A stretch of 64,000 nucleotides of DNA from an uncultured bacterium (lineage in GTDB: Bacteria; Krumholzibacteriota; Krumholzibacteriia; LZORAL124-64-63), in the NCBI GenBank assembly GCA_963727525.1, contig CAVSGO010000002.1:143274-207273 (forward strand), given 5' to 3'. The position numbers were made by a program, and so were the translations under genes. The notes below the pieces were generated by a model, which was not told the DNA's origin, ran no database searches, and worked only from the letters and a program-made list of their open reading frames with translations. Every line of letters begins with the position of its first letter. The first letter of the stretch is position 1. This document shows positions 1 through 12,602 of this stretch, piece by piece.

Positions 1-1
1 T

Positions 2-120
2 CGCTGTGCGCGGCATCATCAGGTATTCGTGGCGACGGCGCGGAGCGAGGACGTGGCGCAGTGGCAGCCACCGGAACTCCGGAGCTGGCGCGTGGAGGCC
101 GGATCGCTGATCGAGAGCAC

Positions 121-124
<4 letters not shown>
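2..124 (+). CDS. recF: DNA replication/repair protein RecF, C-terminal end (partial)
   Basis: Frame 2 reads ...HHQVFVATARSEDVAQWQPPELRSWRVEAGSLIEST*, resembling a RecF C-terminus. The stop overlaps the next ATG (ATGA). Canonical recF-DUF721-gyrB-gyrA order. Confidence 0.7.
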
Positions 125-2411
<2,287 letters not shown>

Positions 2412-2461
2412 ATCCAACCCGTACTTCGGGATCGAACCTGGGCATTCTGCGAGGCCACGAC

Positions 2462-5014
2462 GTGACGGACCAGCGCGACGAAAACATGGACGACCAGTCT
2501 CCCATCATGCGCACGAACACCGGCGAGACGATCCTCGATGTCGGCATCGAGGACAAGATGAAGAGCTCGTACCTCGAGTACAGCATGAGCGTCATCATCT
2601 CCCGTGCGCTGCCTGACGTCCGCGATGGACTCAAGCCCGTGCATCGCCGCGTGTTGACGGCGATGAACGACCTGAACCTGCAGCCGGGCAGGCCCTATCG
2701 CAAGAGCGCCAAGATCACCGGCGATACCACGGGTAACTACCACCCGCACGGCACGGCCGCGGTGTATGACACGCTCGTGCGCATGGCGCAGGACTTCAGC
2801 CTGCGCTACCCACTGGTCGACGGTCAGGGCAACTTCGGATCGGTCGATGGCGACAGCCCTGCGGCCGAACGCTACACCGAGGCGCGCTTGACCAGGTTCG
2901 CCACGGAGATGATGGCGGACATCGAGAAGGAGACCGTCGACTTCGTGCCCAACTACGACGGCTCTCGCGAGATGCCGTCGGTGATGCCAGCGCGAGTGCC
3001 GAACCTGCTGGTGAACGGCGCCGACGGCATCGCGGTGGGCATGGCCACGAAGATTCCTCCCCACAACCTGGACGAGGTATGCGACGGACTCGAGGCGGTG
3101 ATGGACAATCCCGACCTCGAGCCGGCCGAGATGCTTCGCTACGTGCAGGGGCCGGATTTCCCGACCGGCGGTATCATCCACGGCCGCCGCGGCATCCATG
3201 ACTACGTGACCACGGGGCGCGGTCGCGTGATCGTGCGCGCACGCACCGATATCGAGATCGAGGACGGCGGCCGCGCCAAGATCATCGTCACCGAGATCCC
3301 GTACCAGGTGAACAAGTCCGCCCTCATCGAGCGCATCGCCCAGCTCGTGCGCGGCGGACAGCTCGAGGGCATCAGCGACCTGCGCGACGAGTCCGATCGC
3401 CAGGGCATGCGCATCGTCGTCGTGCTCAAGCGTGACGCCTATCCGCAGGTGGTGCTCAACAAGCTCTATGCGCATACCCATATGCAGAGCACCTTCGGCG
3501 TCATCAACCTGGCGCTGGTCGACAACCGTCCCCAGGTGATGTCGTTGAAGGAGACGATGCGCCACTTCCTCGCCTTCCGCGAGGAAGTCGTGGTGCGGCG
3601 CACGCGCTACGATCTACGCAAGGCCGAGGAGCGCGCCCACATCCTCGAGGGCTATCGCATCGCCCTCGATCACATCGACGAGATCGTCGCGCTCATCCGC
3701 AAGAGCGAATCCACCGACGAGGCGCGCACGGAGCTCGTGGCGCGGTTCGCCCTGAGCGAGATCCAGGCGCAGGCCATCCTCGACATGCGCCTCGCCCGCC
3801 TCACCGGCCTCGAACGCCAGAAGATCGAGGACGAGTACCGCGCACTGCTCGAGAAGATCTCCTATTACAATCAGGTGCTGGCCAGCCGCGCGCTGGTGCT
3901 GCAGATCATCCGCGACGAGATCGAGGAGGTCCGCAAGGCCTATGGCGATGCGCGCCGCACGGAGATCGTCGAGGACGAGGGCGAGATCGACATCGAGGAC
4001 CTCATCGCCGACGAGCCGATGGCGGTGACTCTAAGCAACCAGGGCTACGCCAAGCGCATCGCCCTCGACACCTATCGCCAGCAGGGCCGCGGCGGCAAGG
4101 GCATCACCGGCATGCAGACGAAGGACGAGGACTTCGTCGATGCCATCTTCGTGGCCTCGGCGCACCAGTATCTCCTGGTGATCACCGAGGGCGGCGTGCT
4201 GCACTGGCTGAAGGTGCACCGGATCCCGCAGGCCGGGCGAACGAGCCGCGGCAAACCGCTGGTGAACCTCATCGAGATCCAGCCTGGCGATCGCATCCAC
4301 GCCGTGGTGCCGGTGCACGAGTTCACCGAGGACCACTACCTGGCCATGGTGACCAACCTGGGCATCGTCAAGCGCACCACTCTGGCCGAGTTCTCGCGTC
4401 CGCGCCGGGCCGGCATCCGCGCGATCAATCTCGTCGAGGGCGAGAGGCTCGTCACCGTCCGCGAGACGGACGGCAACAGCGACCTGGTCCTGGGCGCCAG
4501 CAACGGCATGGCCATCCGCTTCCACGAGTCCGATGCGCGCGGGATGGGCCGTACGGCCCGCGGCGTGCGCGGCATCGCGCTCGACAAGGGCGAGGAAGTG
4601 GTGGGAATGGTCGTCGTGAGCGACGGCGACGAGGAGATCCTCGCGGTCACGGAGAACGGCTATGGCAAGCGCACTCCGGCGGATGAGTACCGCGTTCAGC
4701 GGCGGGGCGGACGCGGCCTCATCACCATCAAGTGCACGGAACGCAACGGCAAGCTCATCACGATCCGCGGCGTGAAGTCCGACGAGGAACTCATGATCAT
4801 CACGCGCGGCGGCATCATGATCCGCGTGGCCGTGGACAGCGTGCGCAGCCTGGGACGCAACACGCAGGGCGTGCGCATCATCAATATCAATGCGGGCGAT
4901 CGCGTGGGTGGCGTGGCGACGATCTCGCCGGAGGAGATGGCCTTCGAGGGCGATGCCGAGGGCGAGCCCGCCTCCGCTGGGGAACCTGGAGACGGCGACG
5001 ATTCCGGCTCGTGA
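2462..5014 (+). CDS. gyrA: DNA gyrase subunit A
   Basis: [28 protein letters not shown] (catalytic Tyr), GyrA-box QGRGGKG and C-terminal pinwheel repeats. Confidence 0.98.
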   Translation: MTDQRDENMDDQSPIMRTNTGETILDVGIEDKMKSSYLEYSMSVIISRALPDVRDGLKPVHRRVLTAMNDLNLQPGRPYRKSAKITGDTTGNYHPHGTAAVYDTLVRMAQDFSLRYPLVDGQGNFGSVDGDSPAAERYTEARLTRFATEMMADIEKETVDFVPNYDGSREMPSVMPARVPNLLVNGADGIAVGMATKIPPHNLDEVCDGLEAVMDNPDLEPAEMLRYVQGPDFPTGGIIHGRRGIHDYVTTGRGRVIVRARTDIEIEDGGRAKIIVTEIPYQVNKSALIERIAQLVRGGQLEGISDLRDESDRQGMRIVVVLKRDAYPQVVLNKLYAHTHMQSTFGVINLALVDNRPQVMSLKETMRHFLAFREEVVVRRTRYDLRKAEERAHILEGYRIALDHIDEIVALIRKSESTDEARTELVARFALSEIQAQAILDMRLARLTGLERQKIEDEYRALLEKISYYNQVLASRALVLQIIRDEIEEVRKAYGDARRTEIVEDEGEIDIEDLIADEPMAVTLSNQGYAKRIALDTYRQQGRGGKGITGMQTKDEDFVDAIFVASAHQYLLVITEGGVLHWLKVHRIPQAGRTSRGKPLVNLIEIQPGDRIHAVVPVHEFTEDHYLAMVTNLGIVKRTTLAEFSRPRRAGIRAINLVEGERLVTVRETDGNSDLVLGASNGMAIRFHESDARGMGRTARGVRGIALDKGEEVVGMVVVSDGDEEILAVTENGYGKRTPADEYRVQRRGGRGLITIKCTERNGKLITIRGVKSDEELMIITRGGIMIRVAVDSVRSLGRNTQGVRIININAGDRVGGVATISPEEMAFEGDAEGEPASAGEPGDGDDSGS

Positions 5015-5021
5015 CGGCGGA

Positions 5022-6140
5022 TCAGTACCTCAGTGTGATCAGGAACCGCGGGTTGCGGAAGGGGTGCCCCGACTCCCGGGTATCGAAGGGAATCGGGGGG
5101 TCCGCAGGTCCCAGGAGTTGCAGGTTCACGCCCCAGACCTCCCCGTTCGGTGTCGCGGAGAACGCCGCGGTCACGTCGATCGTGGCGCGGTATGCGTCGA
5201 TCGTGTAGGGCAGGAGAGGTGCGTCCTGGACACCGAGGGGATTCGTGAGCGGCGGCAGGTTGCCCACCGACACGGAATCCTCGAACCACGAACCGTAGGC
5301 GACCGTGTAGCGCATCGAGAGCAGCGACGGAGGTTGCACGCTATCGGGAAACGCAGCGCAAACCTCGAGCTGCGCGTCCACCACGGTGATGGGATAAGGG
5401 CGGATCGGCCAGTCGAATCCCACGAGAAACGACCGCCGCGGGTCAACCGTGATCACGACCGGCGAGACCGAGCCGAAGTGATTCCACGGATCGTCATCGT
5501 CGTCCCAGTGGATGGCCGCGTCGATCATGCCCGTGAGCGTCACGGAGGTTTCCTTCTGAATGATGTCCTGCATGTCGAGCACCGGCCCGGCCAGGACGAT
5601 CCGGCGCGTGTAGTCGACGAAATTCGCGTGGGAGATGCGCAGGTCGTGGGGACCGAGCGGAACATCACCGAGGGACCAGCGACCGTCGAGATCGGTGCTG
5701 GCCTCCCGGCTTTCGATCTGGACCATGGCGTTTACCACCGGCCCCTCGAGCTGGTGAATCACCTGACCCGACACCGTCACGAGCGTGTCCACCGGGGTCA
5801 GCTCGATGCGTAAGCTCTGGTACTCGTCGACACGAAGGGCGCTGCGCTCCGTCTGGAAGGTGGGAGCCTCGACCGTCACCTCCTGCGGCCCGCGCGGCAC
5901 GTCGCGCAGGAGGAAGCGGCCTTGCGAATCGGTCACGTCCTCGACGCCCTGGCACGCGACATGGGCGCCGCCGATCGGATTCACCGTGTAGCGCGCGTAG
6001 ACGGAACCCGACACCGAACCGACATCGGGAGTCGGGCCGCCGGTGTCGCAACCAGGGCCCAGAAGCATGGCGGCGGCCAGACCCAGGGCCCACCCCGTGG
6101 CGAGGCGAAACCGGTCCATCCCTCGTGACGATCGCATCAT
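5022..6140 (-). CDS. Putative lipoprotein with two carboxypeptidase-regulatory-like domains and a C-terminal DNRLRE-like domain
   Basis: Lipobox-like LLGPGC. Two SGxV..P..GA.V...TD..GR(F/W).L.DVP.G repeats. C-terminus ends RSFLVGFD..DAQL..DVT..FDTRES..P. Confidence 0.6.
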   Translation of the reverse strand: MMRSSRGMDRFRLATGWALGLAAAMLLGPGCDTGGPTPDVGSVSGSVYARYTVNPIGGAHVACQGVEDVTDSQGRFLLRDVPRGPQEVTVEAPTFQTERSALRVDEYQSLRIELTPVDTLVTVSGQVIHQLEGPVVNAMVQIESREASTDLDGRWSLGDVPLGPHDLRISHANFVDYTRRIVLAGPVLDMQDIIQKETSVTLTGMIDAAIHWDDDDDPWNHFGSVSPVVITVDPRRSFLVGFDWPIRPYPITVVDAQLEVCAAFPDSVQPPSLLSMRYTVAYGSWFEDSVSVGNLPPLTNPLGVQDAPLLPYTIDAYRATIDVTAAFSATPNGEVWGVNLQLLGPADPPIPFDTRESGHPFRNPRFLITLRY

Positions 6141-6392
6141 CCCTCCTCCGAGGCGTATATGACGATACGGGATCGCAGCGACCGGCGCAAGGCCGGGGTA
6201 CCCCTCAAGGGGATGGCGGCCGCTGAACCCGCCATTGCGGAACCGGGGGGTGCCTGGCTACACTTGGGCCGATTATCTGGAGGCCCGGCTGCACGGGCCT
6301 GATCCCCGGACGGCCTTCGCCCCCGCCCGGAGGCAACGACCGGACGCCACGTGGCGTTCCGGTCGAGGTCGTATGAGGAGAAGTCCGTGCCC

Positions 6393-8111
6393 ATGACGAT
6401 CCTGCGTCGCCTGCCGTTGCTGGCGTTCGCCCTGGTGTGGGCGGCCTCCGCCGCGGCAGCACCCATCATCTCCTACGCGCTCGGACCGCGCCTCGAGGCG
6501 CGAGTCGATGAGAACGGGACCGTCGCGCTCGGCTGGCAAGCCGGCGGAACCTGGCACGCACTCCTGACGGCTGCCGCCCCCGACGCCGGCGCGACGGATG
6601 CTCGCGGTGGCGCAATGCGCGTCTTCTCCCGTGTGGCCGGCGAGGGAGCCCCCAACGGCCAGCGAGGCTTCGGGCGGCGGGCGGATGACGATGGCGACAC
6701 CGCGTTCGACGAGGACCGCCTCGATGGCCTCGACAACGACGGCGACGGCAAGGTCGACGAGGATTTCGCCGGGATCAGCGATTTCATGGGCGTGGTCGAT
6801 CGCACGCGGGATGGACGCGGTCTCCATCTCGAGACGTACCACTGGTCGTATCCGAATCTGCGGACCATCGTGGCGGTATCGCTGCAGCCGATCGGGCTGG
6901 ACGTGGATGGCACCGACACCTGGACCGTCACGCTCGCCACCGGCGCCTGGATGCCGACCTCGCGACTGTGTCGGCACGGCCGCGCCGAGGGGCCCGCATT
7001 GCTGGCCCGCATGGCCGATCCGCGGACCTCGCCGGGCGATCTCTGGTTCGGCGTGGCGGTGCTCCATGACGTGGACACGGATCGCCCGCGGATGCGGCTC
7101 CATAGGCAAGAAGGCCGTATCGATATCCCCTTGCCGGCTGATGGTTGCGTACTGATCCTCAGCGCCGGACCGACGGAGACCCAGGTGGCGACCGATCTCC
7201 GCGAAGCCCGCGAGGTGTGGCGCGGTGCCGTCGATCCGGTGTCGGGGAAGCGGATGGCCTGGCTTCCGCCGCCACGACCGGCCGAGGTGCCCGAGGCACG
7301 GATTCCCGACGCCGAGATCACACAGCGTGCGGACGGCGGCCTCGATGTCACCTTCCACGTGGCTCCTGGGCAGGATCCACGCTTCGATCCGCAGCTCCTC
7401 GTGCTCGATGGACACCCCCTCGGCTCGCCCCGCGAGGTGGCCTGGCGCACCGTTGGCGACACCGCGCGGGCGATGCCCTGGGACGACGGTCCCGAAGTAC
7501 CGACCGAATCGGTCGGCCCCGACCCCTGCGGCCCGTTTTCTGACCTCATGCCCGCAGGCCTGGCCCGGGAGTCCGGGACCCTGGTCCTCGTCTTCGCCGC
7601 CGCTGGCGAGCGATCGCTGGCGCCGGTGAGTCGCCTCGATCTGACCTATGCCGACGGGCGCCACGCCTCCCGGGCGGGCGTGCCGGTGACGTTCGCCACC
7701 GCCGCGCCCCCGCGGGACGACGGAGCCGCGCCGGCCGAGGGCGGCCCCCAGCTCGCCCCGGCCTTGCTCGGCAATTTCCCCAATCCCTTCCACGTGCAGA
7801 CAAGGGTGCAATACCGCGTTCCCGCCACGGTCGGCGAGGGATTCGTGTGGCCCGAGGGCGCGGAACCTGCGCTCGCGGCCGACGCGCGCATCCCCTATCG
7901 GACAGAGACACCATCCGTGTCCGTGCGGATTTTCGGCGTCGATGGTCGCGAGATCGTGACACTTGGTGCGGGGCCGCACGCCGTCGGCAGGTACGAGGCC
8001 GAGTGGGACGGAAGGGATGCGGAGGGGCGCTTGCTTGCCTCGGGTACATACTTCTGTAAGCTCCAAATCGAAAATTGGAGTGTCACAAAACGGCTTGTTT
8101 TTGTCCGTTAA
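6393..8111 (+). CDS. Secreted protein with Ca-binding DxDGD repeats and an FlgD-Ig/T9SS-like C-terminal domain
   Basis: Signal peptide; DDDGDTAFDEDRLDGLDNDGDGKVDED; tail NFPNPF...WDGRDAEGRLLASGTYFCKL...KRLVFVR. Confidence 0.7.
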   Translation: MTILRRLPLLAFALVWAASAAAAPIISYALGPRLEARVDENGTVALGWQAGGTWHALLTAAAPDAGATDARGGAMRVFSRVAGEGAPNGQRGFGRRADDDGDTAFDEDRLDGLDNDGDGKVDEDFAGISDFMGVVDRTRDGRGLHLETYHWSYPNLRTIVAVSLQPIGLDVDGTDTWTVTLATGAWMPTSRLCRHGRAEGPALLARMADPRTSPGDLWFGVAVLHDVDTDRPRMRLHRQEGRIDIPLPADGCVLILSAGPTETQVATDLREAREVWRGAVDPVSGKRMAWLPPPRPAEVPEARIPDAEITQRADGGLDVTFHVAPGQDPRFDPQLLVLDGHPLGSPREVAWRTVGDTARAMPWDDGPEVPTESVGPDPCGPFSDLMPAGLARESGTLVLVFAAAGERSLAPVSRLDLTYADGRHASRAGVPVTFATAAPPRDDGAAPAEGGPQLAPALLGNFPNPFHVQTRVQYRVPATVGEGFVWPEGAEPALAADARIPYRTETPSVSVRIFGVDGREIVTLGAGPHAVGRYEAEWDGRDAEGRLLASGTYFCKLQIENWSVTKRLVFVR

Positions 8112-8295
8112 AAGAACTTTTCGCTCTCTGGCTGAGAATTGGTCCAAAAAATTTTAAGAATTTATGAATTTGATCGTGGACAATGTCGTCCGTGGGTGTT
8201 TAAATTGTTAGCAGTGAGGTACGGAATTTTAATATTCCATTACATCTGTGCGCTGCCCAAGCTGGATTCCCCGATCGGATTTTTTGGGGGACGTC

Positions 8296-9183
8296 ATGGA
8301 AGAAAGACTCGAACCAAGACCCGAGCCATGGACTGGCTTCATCGTCGAGTTTCCGACGCTCCACAAGACCATGACCCATGGTCGCGAAGAGAGTCAGAAG
8401 CTCCTGTTCCTGTGCCCTTCGACGGAAAGCAATGCCACCGAACTGTGTCTTGCACTCTTCGGGCGCCAGATCGTGATGCAGCGCCTGAAGGCAGGGGAGG
8501 CTCCTGCGTCCCTGTCGGGCGCTCGATTCGTGTTCGTCTATGCCCACCAGGTCCCTGCCGACCTCGCCGGCATCCTGACCCCTTACGCGGGGCTCGTGGA
8601 TGTCCCGGTGGTGGTCACCCACAAGGGGAACGTGGTGCGTTCGGCGCGCATGGTCAGTGAGGCACTGAGTCGACCGGCTCTGCCCGTGAATTCGAAGCCA
8701 TGGGAACCGCGCGACGCGGCGGCCGACCGCAGCATGTCGCTCGAGCCGGAAGCGAGCAGACCCGCACGTGACGACGCGCTCTGGTCGGAACCGTTGCCGC
8801 GCATCGACCTCATCGACGAGGACGGGAATCTCGTGGTCGCCGCGACCGACCTGCAGGACTACAGGGCGGAGTACGCCTGCCGCTACGTGCTGGCGCATTT
8901 CCAGGAGAACATCAACCGCGACAAGATGGCCGAGATGGTCAATCTCTCTCCCGGTTACTTCTCCAACCTGTTCCGGGCCGAGGTGGGAATGAGCTTCAGC
9001 GACTACCTCATCCAGGTACGCATCGAGAATGCGAAGAGCTTGCTGCGGCGCTTCGAGCTGTCCGTCGAGGCGATCAGCAAGCGTTGCGGCTTCAACAGCC
9101 TGGCGCACTTCTCGCGCACCTTCAAGGATCGGTGCGGATTGTCGCCGTTGAAGTACCGCAAGAGTCCGCACCTGGTGAATTGA
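8296..9183 (+). CDS. AraC family transcriptional regulator
   Basis: C-terminal double HTH: MAEMVNLSPGYFSNLFR...RIENAKSLL...CGFNSLAHFSRTFK...SPLKYRK. Confidence 0.9.
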   Translation: MEERLEPRPEPWTGFIVEFPTLHKTMTHGREESQKLLFLCPSTESNATELCLALFGRQIVMQRLKAGEAPASLSGARFVFVYAHQVPADLAGILTPYAGLVDVPVVVTHKGNVVRSARMVSEALSRPALPVNSKPWEPRDAAADRSMSLEPEASRPARDDALWSEPLPRIDLIDEDGNLVVAATDLQDYRAEYACRYVLAHFQENINRDKMAEMVNLSPGYFSNLFRAEVGMSFSDYLIQVRIENAKSLLRRFELSVEAISKRCGFNSLAHFSRTFKDRCGLSPLKYRKSPHLVN

Positions 9184-9215
9184 GCCCGCACCTGGTGAAT
9201 TGAGTCCGCATCTGG
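9162..9215. repeat. 20-bp tandem direct repeat (about 2.7 copies) spanning the AraC stop codon
   Basis: gagtccgcacctggtgaatt / gagcccgcacctggtgaatt / gagtccgcatctgg. Confidence 0.9.
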
Positions 9216-9226
9216 CTCGTGTTCCT

Positions 9227-9252
9227 GGCCCCTCCCCGCGGAGGGGCCTTTT
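9227..9252 (+). terminator. Intrinsic terminator
   Basis: Stem ggcccctcc, loop ccgc, stem ggaggggcc, then tttt. Confidence 0.75.
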
Positions 9253-9327
9253 CGTGTCCCCTCGCCCGGCGTACATTGGGGGCTGCCTGGCAGACCGCCG
9301 GATCGGCGAGGAGAATCCCGGAACGCA

Positions 9328-11283
9328 ATGGCACTGATGACGCTCACCGACGCCCGCTTCGACTACGGGCGCGAGAAGATCCTCGACGGCGTGGGCCTCT
9401 CGCTCCACGCCGGTTGCCGGTATGCCCTCGTGGGCCCGAACGGCGCGGGCAAGACAACCTTGCTGGCGATCCTGGCCGGGGAGGCGGCGCTGCAGGGCGG
9501 ACAGCGCCAGACCATGGGTGGCCTGCGCATGCGCCAGCTCCGCCAGGAGAGCGTTCTGGGCCTGGACGACGAGGATTCCCGGGTGCTGCGCGAAGCCGTG
9601 CGCGCCACCGCCTTCGGTCGCGAACTCGCCCTGCAGGCCGAGCTCGAGGAAGTGGGGCGCGCCCTCGTCACGGCCGCATTCGATGAGCAGGCCGAGCTGG
9701 TGCGCCGCCAGGGACACCTGCAATCCGAGTTCGAGCGCCTCGACGGCTACACCCTCGACGCCCGCCTCGAGTCGGCTCTGCTGGGCGTCGGACTGCCGGC
9801 GTCGACGTGGGATCGTCCGCTGGGCCGACTCTCCGGCGGGGAGCGGCGGCGGGCTGCCCTGGCCGCCACGCTTCTCGGCGAAGCCGACCTGCTCCTGCTC
9901 GATGAGCCGACCAACCATCTCGATCTCGAGAGCTGCGAGTGGCTGGAGGGTTTTCTCCGGCAGTCCCCGGCGTCCATGGTGATGGTGAGTCACGATCGCT
10001 ATTTTCTCGACCGCGTCGCCGAACGGACGCTGCACCTTGAGAGCGGGCGCCTCGCCGATTACGCCGGCAACTACACAGTGTTCCTGCAGCTCAGTCGCGA
10101 GCGACGCCAGCAGGAACTTGCGGCCTGGCAACGGCAACAGGACCAGATCCGCCAGACCGAGGCGTTCATCCGCAAGAACATCGAGGGCCAGAAGACGAAG
10201 CAGGCGCAATCGCGCCGCAAGGCGCTGGCGCGCCTCGACAGGGTTGACCGGCCGGTTGCCGAGCACGGTCTCTACCGGTTCGACCTCAACGCCGAGCGCA
10301 CGAGCGGCGGCACCGTACTGCAGGCCGAGGGGCTCGCAAAGTCCTATGGAGAGAGGACGCTCTTCGCGGATCTCGATCTCCTCGTCGTGCGGGGCGAACG
10401 CGTCGGCATCCTCGGGCCCAATGGTTGCGGCAAGTCCACGCTCCTGCATGTGATGGCAGGACAGATCTCTCCCGACCGCGGCCGCGTGGTGCGCGGCATG
10501 AATGTCGATCTCGGGGTGTACGATCAGAACCTGCAGCTCGTCAGCGACCTCAACACCGTGATCGGCGAGATGCAGGCCGTCGACCCCGGCGCCACGCTCG
10601 GTGAGCTGCGCAGCTTCCTGGGCGCGTTCGGCTTCGGCGAGGATCTCTACGACCGCTCGGTGGCCCAGCTCTCCGGCGGAGAACGTGGACGGCTGGCGCT
10701 GCTGCGCCTCATCAAGGAAGGCCACAACACGCTGCTCCTGGACGAGCCCACGAATCATCTTGACGTGCGCAGCCGCGAGTCGCTCGAGGCGGCGCTGAAG
10801 GACTTCGAGGGCACGATCATCGTCGTCAGCCACGACCGGCGCTTCCTCGACACGATCGTCGAGCGCCTCATCGTGTTTCCGCCCTCGGGAACGGCCGCCC
10901 CGGTACGCCTCTTCCTCGGCACCTACGGCGACCTCGTGCGCAGCCGGGCCGCGGCGCCGGTGCTGGCCGCACCCGTGGTGCCCGCTTCGCGCCCCGCGTC
11001 AGCCGAACCGTCGCCACCAACAACGCAGTCGCTCAGCAAGAACGCTCTGGCCCGACGGCGCAGCTGGGTCGCCGAGGTCGAGGCCGAGATCGCTGCGCTC
11101 GAGGACGAACGCAACGCCGTATTCCTCGCGATGGCGCGTGGCGACCTCGACGGCGAGCAACGCCGACGACTCGCCGCGCGCAGCGAGGAGATCGACGAGG
11201 CGCTCGCCGGCGCGATGGCGCGCTGGGAGACCTGGCAGGAAGAACTCGTGACGGGACAGGCTTCGCTGGAGGTGTCGGATTGA
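9328..11283 (+). CDS. ABC-F family ATP-binding protein (Uup/YheS-like, with C-terminal coiled coil)
   Basis: Two NBDs (GPNGAGKT, GPNGCGKS, LSGGE x2, LLLDEPTNHLD x2), interdomain linker KTKQAQSRRK, no TM segments. Confidence 0.93.
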   Translation: MALMTLTDARFDYGREKILDGVGLSLHAGCRYALVGPNGAGKTTLLAILAGEAALQGGQRQTMGGLRMRQLRQESVLGLDDEDSRVLREAVRATAFGRELALQAELEEVGRALVTAAFDEQAELVRRQGHLQSEFERLDGYTLDARLESALLGVGLPASTWDRPLGRLSGGERRRAALAATLLGEADLLLLDEPTNHLDLESCEWLEGFLRQSPASMVMVSHDRYFLDRVAERTLHLESGRLADYAGNYTVFLQLSRERRQQELAAWQRQQDQIRQTEAFIRKNIEGQKTKQAQSRRKALARLDRVDRPVAEHGLYRFDLNAERTSGGTVLQAEGLAKSYGERTLFADLDLLVVRGERVGILGPNGCGKSTLLHVMAGQISPDRGRVVRGMNVDLGVYDQNLQLVSDLNTVIGEMQAVDPGATLGELRSFLGAFGFGEDLYDRSVAQLSGGERGRLALLRLIKEGHNTLLLDEPTNHLDVRSRESLEAALKDFEGTIIVVSHDRRFLDTIVERLIVFPPSGTAAPVRLFLGTYGDLVRSRAAAPVLAAPVVPASRPASAEPSPPTTQSLSKNALARRRSWVAEVEAEIAALEDERNAVFLAMARGDLDGEQRRRLAARSEEIDEALAGAMARWETWQEELVTGQASLEVSD

Positions 11284-12602
11284 GCGCTGAACATCGTCGC
11301 GGTGAACCTCATGTCACCGCATCGCCCCTCGAGAAGGTCGTGCTCATGGGCGTGGATCTGCCCGATAGCTTCGACGGGCTCGTGGGCGGGCCGGCCGATA
11401 CCGAGGAGCTGGCGCGATTGGTCGACACGGCGGGCGGGCGCGTGGTCGGGTTGCTGCACCAGAAGCTCCCGCACCCCACGGCGAGCCTCTACATCGGCAA
11501 GGGCAAGCTCGAGGAATTGCAGGAGCTGGTGGAGGAGCAGGAGGCCGATCTCGTCGTCTTCGACAATGACCTCTCCCCCTCGCAGGGCCGCAATCTGCAG
11601 AAGGCCCTGGGCGAGGACGTCCGGATCCTCGATCGCACCGAGCTGATCCTCGACATCTTCGCGCGCCACGCGCGCACCAGGCAGGCGAGCCTGCAGGTCG
11701 AGCTGGCCCAGCTCCAGTACCTGCGCCCGCGTCTGACGCGCATGTGGCGCCATCTCGAGCGGCAGGAAGGCGCCATCGGGACGCGCGGCCCCGGCGAGAC
11801 GCAGCTCGAGACCGATCGTCGCCTCATCGATCGCCGACTCGCGGTGCTGCGGCGTGAACTGAAGGAGATCCAGAACGAGCGGCAGGTGCAGACGGCGACC
11901 CGCGCCGGCACATACCGCGTGGCTCTGGTGGGCTACACCAATGCGGGCAAGTCGACCCTGATGAACGCCATCACCGGTGCCGGTGTCCTCGTGCAGGATC
12001 AGCTCTTCGCCACCCTCGATGCCACGACGCGACGGGTGGAAGTCGATGAACGCCGCAGCTTCGTGATCACGGACACGGTGGGATTCATCCGCCGGCTGCC
12101 GCATCATCTCGTGGAGAGCTTCCGTGCCACGCTGCAGGAGGTGGCCGAGGCCGACATCCTGCTGCACGTCGTCGACTCCGGCGGCCGTGAACCGGAGCAA
12201 CAGATGGCGGCCGTGGAGCGAGTGCTTGCGGATCTGGGCACACGCGACAAGCCCACCCTCCTGGTTTTCAACAAGATGGACACCGTCGCGCAGCCGGAAC
12301 TTGTGGCCAACGGCCCCGGACGCCATCACCCCGAAGCCCTCTACGTGAGCGCCCTGGCCCCCGCCGGTGGCGAGTCGGTGCGCACCGCCATCGTCGATCG
12401 GCTGCGGCAGCAGGAAAAGGTGTTCCGCTTCCGGTTGCCCGCGAACAAGGTCCACCTCTTCGGGTCCTGGCACCGCACCGGTGATGTGCTCGAGCAGGCG
12501 TACGCCGACGGCACCTGCACGCTGGCCGTGCGCATGCGCGAGGAGGAAGGCCGGCGGCTGCTCGCCTATCATCGCGAGGTGCGGGAGGTGACGACCTCGT
12601 GA
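11280..12602 (+). CDS. hflX: Ribosome-splitting GTPase HflX
   Basis: DRTELILDIFARHART, RGPGETQLETDRR, GYTNAGKST, LFATLD, DTVGFIR, NKMD. Confidence 0.96.
   Translation: MSAEHRRGEPHVTASPLEKVVLMGVDLPDSFDGLVGGPADTEELARLVDTAGGRVVGLLHQKLPHPTASLYIGKGKLEELQELVEEQEADLVVFDNDLSPSQGRNLQKALGEDVRILDRTELILDIFARHARTRQASLQVELAQLQYLRPRLTRMWRHLERQEGAIGTRGPGETQLETDRRLIDRRLAVLRRELKEIQNERQVQTATRAGTYRVALVGYTNAGKSTLMNAITGAGVLVQDQLFATLDATTRRVEVDERRSFVITDTVGFIRRLPHHLVESFRATLQEVAEADILLHVVDSGGREPEQQMAAVERVLADLGTRDKPTLLVFNKMDTVAQPELVANGPGRHHPEALYVSALAPAGGESVRTAIVDRLRQQEKVFRFRLPANKVHLFGSWHRTGDVLEQAYADGTCTLAVRMREEEGRRLLAYHREVREVTTS

Noticed and set aside
9162-9215. Possible mini-CRISPR array
   Set aside because: The repeats are head-to-tail with no spacers and only 20 bp long, and there are no cas genes.
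11280-12602. Calling this gene the resistance variant hflXr
   Set aside because: The sequence looks like canonical HflX, and the distinction needs a phylogeny that I could not run.
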